Source: Paraphysomonas bandaiensis (taxonomy: Eukaryota > Protista > Chrysophyceae). From it: a DNA stretch of 64,000 nt. Positions 50,741 to 62,683 of the stretch are shown here, piece after piece. Position 1 is the stretch's first letter; every line of letters begins with the position of its first letter. The notes beneath the pieces are model-generated. The model saw nothing but the letters and a program-made list of their open reading frames with translations, was not told the origin of the DNA and did no database searches. The DNA lies in NCBI GenBank assembly GCA_965644295.1, contig CBFFRP010000110.1, positions 62,001 to 126,000 on the forward strand, given 5' to 3'. The position numbers and the translations under genes are program-made.

Positions 50741-51383
50741 AGTCGAGGTAATACCAAAACCTGGTAAATAAGCGATTTCACCAGGTTTCATATCTAAGTA
50801 TTGAGTTATTATTTTACTGTAAATTAATTTGTATCTGAGAGGTTAAAAATAAAGAAAAAGTCGCAACAATAGTTCAGTTGTTATTAGCAGTATTTATTGC
50901 GTTACAAGTTGGCCCTGCTGCTACTCTTGTGCTTTGTAATATTATCATAATATATTCTCATATAGCTGCATTTGCCTTTCTTGAGATTGCAAACGCTCCA
51001 ACCGAATAGCCTGATTTTGGATACATTGCATACACGCATAACTATCTATCTTCACCACTTCTTCTTACAGTAAGATTAGTAACTATATGCTCGGAGACGA
51101 CGCGGCAACAGTGGCTGGGGGCACATTACTAGTAGGTGGAGGATCATCTGCGGGTAGTGGATTATCATTTTTTCTAATAAAAAGAAGATCACTATACGTT
51201 CTGCTAGACCGGACATCATTTCCTGACGAAGTTCAGCAACAGCGGGAGGTATCAGATCTGATTTCTGCTGGGACTCGACTGCCCCGTCACCATTTTTGTG
51301 ACCAGTATTACTTTTACCCTGCTCGTGCACTTTCGTGGTACCTATTCCCCCGGGTCGTCGTTGGATATGTCTCCACGAATGTC
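50741..51383 (-). repeat. Unclassified dispersed repeat, copy 2, with subterminal hairpin
   Basis: Reverse complement of 5612-6257; hairpin aaacctggt-aaat-aagcg-attt-c-accaggttt at ~50757-50788. Confidence 0.8.
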
Positions 51384-52531
51384 GACGACATTCTTCTTCC
51401 CGTTGCACTTCTCCTACACCATCACACGCACAGTGTACAATACGGCATATATATACAAACTACGACCCCGTCACAATCTTTATGAACAGTACTACTTACC
51501 TTGCTCGTGCACTTTCGTGGTATATGGGTGTATCGTGAGATGGTATATAGAGACTTGATAAATGTACTTCCAACACACGTGATCACATGTTAAGTGCTAG
51601 ACTTTTGTTATTTCAGTGCTGCGCAAAATTATGCGCCTTACTACACTACATAATATTACTACATTTTGTTTCAACACTTGTGACCGGATGCATACTTCTA
51701 TTAATTTTGAATGAATGTGGTGATTATAACATCATCGATTATGGTTCAGAGAATGAGTACGAGGAAAGTTGTGACTAGAGCAGCGTACTGGGTTTTGCTA
51801 TCATGTGATCTCAATGACAAATACTAAATACGAAATATACGCAAGTGTTTACATTATTTGTTGTATTCTGAAGTATTGGGATTCATCTAAATACAAGATA
51901 GATAGTATGTGTGAGTTATGATGTTCACTGAAATAATATATCATGAACTACCTACTGAATAACGATACTACCATATTGCAATATATCTTGCAAAAAATAT
52001 TGATATTGACAATATGTTTGAATGGTTGAATATTTGCAATATATTGCAATAGTATTGTTGGGTCGGTTTAATTACTCCATCAATATATTGGTCAGACGCT
52101 ATATAACAATAGTATTGCAATATAGTAGAGTAGAGATGTCAGAAATATCCGAATATCAATGAATGGTAAGATAATATTATGTTGAATATAATTTACTAGT
52201 TGACTATTGAGGGAGTTTAAAACGTTTAGTTATATCGTTTTTTACCGTCCTAATGTCAGACATTGAGAGGAGTTGGTTGTACTACACCAGGTATCACTTC
52301 CGTATGGAGAGCATACATAATGTCATAGAGTGGTAGATGGTGAACTTTTCGTGTGATGCATATCCCAATTACTGCACGATAGTTTATATGCGCCTTCATT
52401 ATATTGTTTAACGGCGATAAGTAATTCTATTACTACGGGAGATCCAGTATATACCTTAGAGCATTAAATTTTGTTAAATTCGATAACCATATGCAACATA
52501 GCATTCCGCGCCACCGCAGTATAGCAGTCCG

Positions 52532-55500
52532 TCACCGTTTCGGACATTTCTTCGCTTTATTCTTGCCCACCTTTTGCCACGACTGGGTAATATCCGGCGA
52601 AGGACGATTATTTTCAGGTGCAGATACCTCTATACTGCTACAAGGCTCTGAAGGTTTCACTGGTGGTTGGATAGAATGGTCACCTACCACCACGCATGTT
52701 TGAGAGGCGGGTCTTTCACTTGTCAATGGGTTATCGTCCTGTACAGAGAGTTCGTTCCTTAGTTTTTCTTCAACTGTATGATCCCATCCTAAATACTCCG
52801 CAAATTCTCCATTCGCTTCCCTCTCACTCAATATGTCTTCCTCTTCCTCAGCCTCGGCAATATCGTCTTCCACTTCTTGACGCTTACTAATCTTATCATG
52901 TTGTTCAGAAGTTAATGCTTCACCTGCATTGAATCTACATACTAGAGTTTCAATGTCTCTGAGCTTCTTGCGGAATCGTTTTATTTTCTTTTGAACAGAA
53001 ACAATACTTTCTCGATATAGACTGTACTCTGCTTCCAGTAACTTTCGCTTACTCTCTCTCGCTTCAAGTTGTTTTCTCTTCTCTACAATCGCCTGGTCGA
53101 ATGCTTGTGCCTCCAGTCTTTTTCTCAATGCCTCTGCTTCGGCAGCAAGCCGAGCTTCTTCGATAGCTCTCCTCTCTTCGTCTCGACGCGCTTCCTCTTC
53201 CATTTTTGCAGCCCTCTCAGCTTCAAGCTTGGCTTTTCGCTGCCTTTTCTTCGCGCTATTTTTAATTTTCGAGGTCAACTTCTCCTGAAATTCTTGCAAT
53301 TGTTCCTACACATACTCTTGTCAGGACAACTGACTACAATGCATGACAACTCACTTGTGTGACAACAAAATTGGGATCAGTATAGTTAAAATCGACGAAG
53401 TCAGGATCAGTTTTATCGAAAGAATTCGTTCTGCACGACACATCAGCGAGAGAAAATTACCAGTACATCGTGCTACCTGCTCCTCCCAGCAGCAGGGGTA
53501 GTTGTGTTGGAGGTGCTCGGTGTAAGAGTGTCCTCAATCACTGATGGCGAGATGCACTGCTCCGTGAATCCTGTACAACCAATCCTTAAATTCTATATAT
53601 CGAGGATAGCAATACACCTTCGTGAAAATAGGATACATCGGTACCGTCCTTGATTCCCAAGTCAATAGGGGGAGGTAGGTTTTTTGTGACTAGAGCATTC
53701 CAATCAATTCCTTTCAACGAATACTGAGTTATAAGTCACATAATATTCCATAACATACCTCGGAAGAAATCATGCTGTTTCAACGCCGATACTCCACCTA
53801 TATACATTGCTATCAACATTGCTGTTTTCCGTTAGAACTTCACGGACCGATTTCAAACATCGTTGACTTTGCAGCACCTAATCTCTTGGATGGGTCTTTA
53901 TGAAGCATACCCTGAGTAAAATTTTGGTGCAAGTACGATAGCACAGCACGGTATGTAACCTTTAAAAGGGAGTGTGCTGTCGCGGTAAGGTAAGGGGGAC
54001 ATACAATCCTCTCAGTTAATATCATTCTGCCCAATAATAAGGACAAAGTTAATAAAACATCGTTATCATACCTATCCAAGTCATTTTGAGATTTAGCTTG
54101 AAAAGGTGGATTTCCACTTAGCATTTCAAAGCACAATGCTCCCAAAGACCACCAGTCTACAGCCTATTTATTGTTAATAATCTATGTATTCCGAGAATGA
54201 CAGTACCTTTCCATACCCATTTCTCGTTAACATTTCACTGCATCATACAAAAGGTAATTAACATTCCACTCTCAATAGTATACTCTACTTACGGAGCCCT
54301 GTACGTAAATTTGTGAGTTCAACTAACTTCCCAACATAACTAACTCTTACATATATTCTGAAGTTCCACATAGCGTTCGGAGATGCTGCTCCATTTGGAT
54401 TTCTTTCGCTGACAAGATGAACTCTTATCAGTTTTAGTAACAAAACAAGTCATACGATTTACCCAATCCGAAATCAGTAAGACATATATGTCCATCTGCA
54501 CCAAGCAAAATATTTTCCGGCTTTAAGTCTATCAACATATATGTAACAAAGTTTATAGCGATTATATTACTATTGCCTCGATGAATGATTCCCTGTACCC
54601 ACACTATTAGAAGAGTTGCATAATAAGCACAATGATGCTACCATAGAATGGAGGAATTCAATTGCCAATATCATTTCTGCGAGGTAAAAGTTCGCTTCCT
54701 ATAGCATATTTATTCCAAGGTGTCATTAACTAGTCGCTACATTTTTAGCACCTTCTCCATTATGAGGCCGCGTCTGCGCAAGTGGAAAAAGAGCTCTCCT
54801 CCAGCAAGAAAGTCCATAACCTATAACCAAATAAATACTGCATCGCAAATACAGATGACTGCATACCAGAAACAATTTCTTCTCGGATTGAAATGCGAAC
54901 TTCAAGGTAACTACAAAAGGATGTTCAATCTGCAAGCAGGACCATTGACAATGGGCTATGTATTTTCTTCTAAAGTTAGCATACCTTGGTGAGAATTTGT
55001 CTTTCAGAACGCATATATGCCACGTGATTCTTTTTCTTAATTAATTTCTTAGATATCACCTAATATTCAGAACTCAGGTTGCATTATATTGACTGATAAA
55101 ATATACCTTCATGGCGTAAACATTTTTGTTGAGACGATTCCTGACCATCAACACTTTTCCAAAAGCACCTGCGAACCCATATCTTAAAAACTAAATACTA
55201 TATGTTACATCTATATATGTACCTTCTCCAACAAGCTTCAGCAAATCAAAATGCTGAGGTCCAACTTCAATGGAAATAACTGAGTTCTGCCCACATCAGA
55301 TATGACAACATTACCCGAACAGGGTGTAGTACAAACCGATGGAACATACTCCAAAATTTCCTCTGAAGTGGTTGAAACAGCGCCAGTGCTTTCAGAACAG
55401 TGTAGTCCAGGCGTTAATTTCCTAAATCGTGAGTTAAATTCACATTTCAAGTCATACAGCATAGCATATCACTAACCGGCTTGTGCTCTCAGCAAAATCA

Positions 55501-55582
55501 TCGGCCACTCGCGACAGAGGAGATCTGTCTGAAGGTTAATTGCTTGAAAACAATCGTATATCACTTACATTGAACCATCCAT
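52532..55582 (-). CDS. AGC-family Ser/Thr kinase, S6K-like, with long C-terminal coiled-coil extension (many exons)
   Basis: Spliced VGEG-AFGKV, YAMK, IEHPFVV, DFLAGGELF, HR-DLKPEN, DFG, TLCGTSEYM-AP-EM, DWWSLG, AGC C-tail FTEQ...FVDFNY. Confidence 0.9.
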
Positions 55583-56196
55583 GATTGTGGTTTATGTTCT
55601 GCCTTTCGTCCAGTATGAGCTAAAGACAAAACTAGCAGGCACTGTAGCTGATGAGTCTTTGCTATTGGCAGGGACTTTCTGACAGCATGAGCATATGAAG
55701 CTTACAATGCGGTAACATGAATTTGTAACAATAGCAAATAACTCTGTAAAATAGCACAACCAAAAGTCTTACACCGTCTCTGGAAGTGTGGCTAATTGCG
55801 GTGTACATGTCCAGCAGTGCATCTCAACAGCAGAATATTATTATTGTATGAAATACCGTGTATACAGAAATATGGCTGGTGTGTGGATGTCCCATATCTG
55901 CTGGATAGTAACCGTACAGGTATAGTATACCGTATACCGCCGTATATATATATCGTTGTACCGCCTTCCGCATTGTCCAACATCATCACACAAGTATGCA
56001 TCACAACACTACGGTATACCACTCACAGTATTCTTTCATTGTAAATTTCTCCTACTTCGTATGAAGAATCGATACAGCGTGGCCTATGTGCCGTATATGA
56101 TGTTCTTGAAGGTCACGTCTTATCCCTAGGAGTCCTGCCGTGTTAATGTGGTGCTGAAATAGTCGTAACTCTCCAATACATCGCGACATCAGACCT

Positions 56197-58226
56197 ATGA
56201 ATTCGAGTGAAGCACTGACATCAAATCGTAAGTCAGCAACTACAGATTGGGCCACACTCGTTCTTCTTGTCAAAGGAAATATAGGGCCGGGATGTCTTGC
56301 AATGCCTTATATATTCTCAATGCTGGGCCCGGTGTGGTCAGTGCCGGCACTATTGGGTGTGGCATTGGTGTGTGTCTATAATATGTGGCTGCTCGCTCAA
56401 TGTAAGAAGAGAGTTGATGGCGCCAAAACGTATGGTGAGCTGGGCTTGGCCGCATTTGGTCGCACTGGAGAGCTGGTTGTCGAATTATTTTTAATTGCGA
56501 TGCAGTTATCGATATGCTGCGTATATTTTAGCTTCATAGGTATAAGAATATATTGTTCCCATGGGTTGTTGTGCATAAAATCTTTGCAGGAGATAGTCTA
56601 TTCCCGTTATTTGGTGTGGATAAAAAGATAGTTACCGTTGCTCTTATATTTCCTGTTTTATTGATTACTCAATTACGACACATGCGGCAATTGGCCCCAC
56701 TTTCTCTGATTGCATTCGTGTGTTTGGCAGTAGCCATGCTCATGATAGTGAGTGTGTGCGTAGAAAGAATATATGAAGAAGCCCCTTCGGTGAAACATCC
56801 ATACCAATCTTCTGTATTAATGCTGTTTTTTGTGTCTACTGTGTACGCATTTGAAGGTACCCTTGCACTTACCAGTATCCCTTTGTGACGGATAATGTGA
56901 TTTGTAGGAATCGGGATAGTGCTTCCAATAGAAGAATCAATGCAGTCACCCAATAACTTCTCTTTTATATTATGTGTCGCGATGGTTGTTGTAAGTGTCA
57001 TCTAGAGCTGCTGAAATAACTTTAATCTTATTAGTAAGGTTATTACTGTATACATTCTTTTCGCCGAAGTTGTGTTAATGGCATTTGGAGAAATTGATGA
57101 TGGTGCGTATCGATGCTGCGTAGTACATATAATAATATGACTATGTTGATTATCATGAAGCGGGAATAACCGGATTCCTTGAGGGTCAAGGGTCTATTTC
57201 GCCCCTTGTCTCTGGAAGTATAAGCATATTGATAAGTTTGGCAGTGTTCTTGTCGTATCCTTTGCAGCTATACCCAGCACTCCAGGTGACGTGTATAAGA
57301 TTAGTCAAGTAGTGGTTTATGATCCCATTGTTGTAGGTTATAGAAATCTATTGTGGCTACACAGGTGACAGGGCAGCTTACTCGAGTAAAACGTGCTGGG
57401 TACAGTGGCTTTGCTGTGATTGCATTGCAGACAACACCATGAGTTATACTCCTTCAGAGGATAGTAAGTACAAGAGTCCAGAGTACAAACGGCGCCGCCC
57501 CCCGCTGGTATGTATTTTTGTAGAGTGCACTTGGGATGATCTTTCTTTTGTGTGTTGCAGCCTAGGAAGCGCATTCGATATAGTTTCGATTTCGATGGCC
57601 ATGCTGCCGGAGAGGACCGACCGTTATTTAGTGTCGACGAAAGAATGTATGGAGTGGGGTCCTCTGACTATAGTGACAGTGGACTCTCTCCGAACAGTCT
57701 TACATACGATAATAAGAACAAATCCTGCACTAACAGTAGTGACGAGATTTCTATGTATCTTTCCTCGCCATCGACGGCAGGAGTTCATGGAGGATATGCT
57801 GCTCGATCGTTCTCATCTATCTCTGAGAAGGCTAGAAGCGGGAGGCAGGGTACACATTATGTATATTCGCACCCTCCTGATGCAGACCCTTATTTCGACG
57901 ACGCTGTTGAGTTCAATCCATGGTTCTTTCCTAGATCTACTGTTCGAGTTGTTGTTGTTATATCCACAGCCGTTGTTGCGACGCTTGTTCCTGATGTCGG
58001 CTTGTTAGTATCCTTAGCTGGAGCTTCCAGCGGTACTGCTCTTGCGTTGATTCTTCCACCTACACTGGATATAGCGATATCTTACTTGCAGAAGTCTCAT
58101 ATTTCATCCATAAGATTGGCATTCAACATTGTTAGTATAGCTTTTGGTGTTTTTGGAGCCTTTGTAGGGACATTGCTTTCTGTTAAAGATATATACCGTA
58201 AGTATGGCCCCAACGTTTTGGGGTAG
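56197..58226 (+). CDS. Amino-acid transporter, SLC36/AVT3 (AAAP)-like; start codon uncertain
   Basis: LVKGNIGPGCLAMP, YAFEG-IGIVLPIEESM, SYPLQLYPA, SLAGA...LALILPP; multiple hydrophobic helices. Confidence 0.88.
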
Positions 58227-59022
58227 TCAGTATGTCAGTATAGCTACTAATTAAAATATTGGTCCGAAAATTATTTTCTCTCTGATCGGACATTATATAT
58301 GTCGTCATTTTGTACTTTGCGTTGGATCTCTGTTCTACTGTATATAAAGAATCAGGCGTATGTCTCTGTCATTATCTATTATGCACATCACCAATTGATA
58401 TATATTACTATCTTTGACAGTCACAGTCTTACATAGCCCGTTTATCTAATATATGACGCGACTACGGGTGTTTGAAAATTTTTCCATCTGTACAGGTGAT
58501 AGATGGTTGGAAACAGGGCTACCTAACAAGAATTAAAATTGTCAATTATAGATGCCCCATTCCGAGGGCGTGACCATAGTGTAGACTGGCTGTACCCCAC
58601 TTAAAACACCAAGATATAGCACTGGTTCTACTACCCACCCACACGTGTACCAACGTAGCTGACCACATAGATCACGTGCAGATTCTGTTGTCCCCCCACA
58701 TGTGTTAACCTTTGCTGAGACTACGCAGGATTTCTCATAACTATGCATGACTTTTATATATGTAATTCGCGCATTATTATCTAACAAAGATTACGCGGGG
58801 ATTCTCGTGACCATGCATGACTTAGTATAGGTCTAGTGTGACATTTCTGGTAATCTCATAATAAAGGCTATGCAAGTATAATGTAGATCTAGCTAGAGTT
58901 TTCTTGGTGCCGACACACAAAGAATACGCTGAGATTTGTAAATAATCTATACGTTATTAGTCAACACTAGCACTTCACTAGGGTACGCTCTCGGAATGGG
59001 GCAGTAAATATATATGAAGAAT

Positions 59023-59206
59023 CGTCGCCTCTGGAATGAAATGACAGTTGAGGTAGCTATATTGGCAGCTAGTGTATTTTAGTACTATAAATTATTGCAA
59101 TTAATTGAAATAATTGAAATTGAGACAGTAAATAAATATATTGCAATAATAATTATTGACTACAACCAGCGTCGACTAATTGACAATTAGTTGTAACGAA
59201 GCCCTG
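59023..59206 (+). mobile_element. Right end of the hAT-like MITE family
   Basis: Matches 49198-49305 and 41818-41942; ends gaagccctg. Confidence 0.55.
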
Positions 59207-59350
59207 TATAAAAATAGCACTATAGTTATAATATTTTTAACCATGGTTAATAAAAGGAAGCTATATATCGTCTCGCGCTCAAAATTTGAAACGAGGGCAA
59301 AATTATGAACGCAGGACAATACTTCTCTTCCCTATAGGTTAATTATTGTA

Positions 59351-59867
59351 TATTGAAGGTCTTTTTACTTTGCAATAGGCGTTAAAAACTCGTTCCGATA
59401 TAGTGGATAGTTGAATGCTAGATCTATACTAGCTAGACCTCTACCCATAACTAATCAGCACAAATTCTATTATCCTACTATTTAGCGCTACAGAAGCTGC
59501 TTGTGCGTCGCCGCAAGCACCAAGGTGTAACCACTTCCGTTCTTAATGTTGTGTGTGAGTTTCGCCCTGCTCGTGTGTCTTAGGACTCACTGGCGCGAGT
59601 TGTCCGGGGGTCTCCCCTTGGGATAAGGTTCCGCCAGGCTCTGAGGTACAGGGTTCTGTATTAAGGTCCTGAGTGTACCGAGCACTAGATGTGTGTGCTG
59701 AGAGGTTGACGGTGTGGTGGAATGTGGCGGTGTCGCCATGCACCGTCTGGGCGTTAGGCATAGGTGGAGTTGCCGGAGACGTCGTCGCCGTTGTCTAGGG
59801 CCTGCTGATGGTTTCATACGGTCCGGTGCTATGGTCCTTTGCGTATGGTTGGTGGGGTTCATATGTG
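59351..59867 (-). mobile_element. 5'-truncated LINE insertion with 41-bp target-site duplication
   Basis: Perfect direct repeat cgcaggacaatacttctcttccctataggttaattattgta at 59310-59350 and 59868-59908; the interior is colinear with 18340-18830. Confidence 0.88.
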
Positions 59868-61244
59868 CGCAGGACAATACTTCTCTTCCCTATAGGTTAA
59901 TTATTGTAGCTTTTACGCATGCATGGTGTTGTAGCTTGCTTGCTGTAAGAAGAAATAGGTGCTCCCTGATTAACATTATTAAGAAATAAATCATATTGTT
60001 TCAATTCGATGATATGTATGCCGTATATGCTTAATTAGGGAATAGTAATTGCACTAGATTAAATCTAAACTATATACCCCCAAATTACTAGAAAATAGCT
60101 ATAACAAATAAATGTACTCCTACCAAAGAACTATACTGAGAAGGAATAGCAACGGAGAGATGTTAAAATTTGTACTTCGTGATGATGAATGTGAACAGTT
60201 GTAGTCGCACGAGGCTTCTTCTTAAAACCTGATAATAATAGCATTTATTCAACAGGTTTAACCTCTGCTAGTGTGATTTGAATGCTGTGTGTATAATAAG
60301 AGGCACACAATATCCTGATCCTGATAAGCATGACGTGACCCAAACCCTCAAAGCACTGGGTGTCACAGATCCTAATCATCTATTCAGCATCAGATGGCAC
60401 TTAAACTCATCTGTAGTATTCTTGAAGTTGTTTCGAAATCCAGAATATGAAGATAGATTGCTTTTAAAAGTTGGCTTAATATTTTGTGGTTTCTACTATA
60501 TAATTGCGTAATAATATAATATTATATTGAAATCACGTACATATTATTATTTATGACTGTCAATATTAGTTAACCCCACCTCGGAGTACTGTCTTTTTTA
60601 TACTGGAAGGGATATATGAGGCTTACCCTGGTGGGCTACATTCAATATTAGGTGAGATTTTCATAAGTATTTTTACAGTAGATTTATATGAAAAGTAAAA
60701 ATATAATACAATATTTTAGTAAAATATATTTAAAATATATATAAGTTGAACTACAAAGTATTGACTTGTTGGTGAATCGTAAATAATGATTAGAGATTAC
60801 AGATGTAACATGTCGATACATTGCACTATATGTGTGTGGATATGCATGCATGGGATATGATATCCATTTATTCAAGATACGTCGTGCGTATGCAATAAGG
60901 AAACTACGGAAGTGAAGTTTATACTTCAACTATATAAATATAAAACAACTAAATTGTTCATAAATCTCAAGAGAGGCAAATGCAGCTATATATGAGAATA
61001 TGATAATATATTATTTTAACCTATGATTCAAATTATAATTTGGCAAGAAGAATTTTTATTTTTATTAAAATTTCTTGAAATTTTTGATTGGTAAGTTTCT
61101 GAATATAAAAAATAAGCTTAAATAATAAGCTCTCTAGTCATACGATACTCAATCTAGAATCTAGAATATATATATACGTTTCAATCGCTAGTGTCACACT
61201 CTATTTTAAGTTCATAAGTCAGGAAGAAGAATCGGAGGAAGGCT

Positions 61245-61397
61245 AGCTGACTATACAGGATAAATTCCGAAGTCTGCTGACTATAATATATATTATTATG
61301 CGGCTCACGTTAGTTTCCCGTTTCCCGGAGAAATATCTCCAGTACTTATCCCCCAGAACACGTCCAATATGTACGAGTTCGAATTTGTTGAGGGTGA
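61245..61397 (-). mobile_element. 5' fragment of the SINE-like element
   Basis: gcggctcacgttagtttccc...tacttatcccccagaacac...ttgttgagggtgac matches 32373-32447 and 5522-5614. Confidence 0.7.
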
Positions 61398-62683
61398 CGA
61401 GCATATATTACTTTTACTTAAAATTATTTTATATAGCTTGTTGTGTGTGATTAGTTTTTTATTTTAAGCTTTATAATATAATATGTTGTAATATGTATAA
61501 TGTTATCACCAATTATAAATTACTGATGTATGTCTAAATGCATGCATTTTGTGTCACGAACTTACCGTGTGCTATTTTTACAGGGTGTGATACGGACAAG
61601 ATCACAACTCAGCACTTCGGAGTACTATGTGCGAATCACAAATATCCCGCTCCAGGAATTCTAAACGAGGTGCGTATTAGATGTGCCATCGTGATGTTGT
61701 ACACATCATAATATGATAATAATATAGTGAGGTATGATGCTCTCTGTGTATTATTGTAATAACCAGCTATTGGGTTATTCTATACTATGAGCTCTCTATT
61801 GTGTACATATGTGCTTATGCTTGTACATATTCCATGTTTGAAAGGGAAACATACGATTATTACGAGTATAGTCAAGCACCAGAATAGTCATACAGCATGA
61901 GGCCGCACTCACGCCTTAAAGAGTTTCTAAGCAACATAGAGTCCACCCTGTGAACCCAATATGCAGGGCGGGTCAACTGCTCTCAATTATCCATCCTCTG
62001 AGCACTGTATACTCCTGCAGTACTTACCAAACATCAGAGTCTATCGGCAGCAAGCGTGCGAGATGTCATGCAAAAGAAGATGCTCTTCTATTTCGTGTGC
62101 GCATTTATACTCTACAGTTATGTGAGCATATGATAGTATATATCATGTAAGATATGTGCACTTGATGTCTATTAATCACACAGCCAGCTGCTATAATGCT
62201 ACAATATAAGTGTCAGAAAAACTCCTACAATAGAGTTTTTATAGTAAAAACAGGGATTTTAATATAAATACTTCCACTTTTATGCTAAAAACCTATATCG
62301 CGATTTCCCATTCGCGGACCATTATATTGCTGTTATATCGCGAGTGCGCTGTACCTCACTTATCGTACAATATCCTGAGAATCATATATTGGCTTTGAAT
62401 ATTTGAATTCGTATTTTCGAAAAATACAGTTTGTTACTACAATGTATTTATACGAGAGTGTTGATTTTGTACACAGTGGAGCAGAGCAGACTCTCTCTGT
62501 ATCTGAGATGTGAGACGAGCCATTAAGACATCTGCTATCGCCTGTGGAGGTATGGAATAGCTACGGCTGCGGACATCACAGAGGAAGAAATATACAAGTA
62601 GTAGCTATCTTGTTTGTTTGTAGGACGGAAGTTATATAGTCTGTGGACTTTTTCGCACTTATTATAGTAATTGATATCAAACC

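Noticed and set aside
50741-50790. Helitron 3' end
   Set aside because: A hairpin is present but there is no terminal CTRR or A/T insertion signature.
60278-60511. Possible small gene or exon in the 60-62 kb gap
   Set aside because: Non-ATG start, no recognisable homology and no supportable neighbouring exons.
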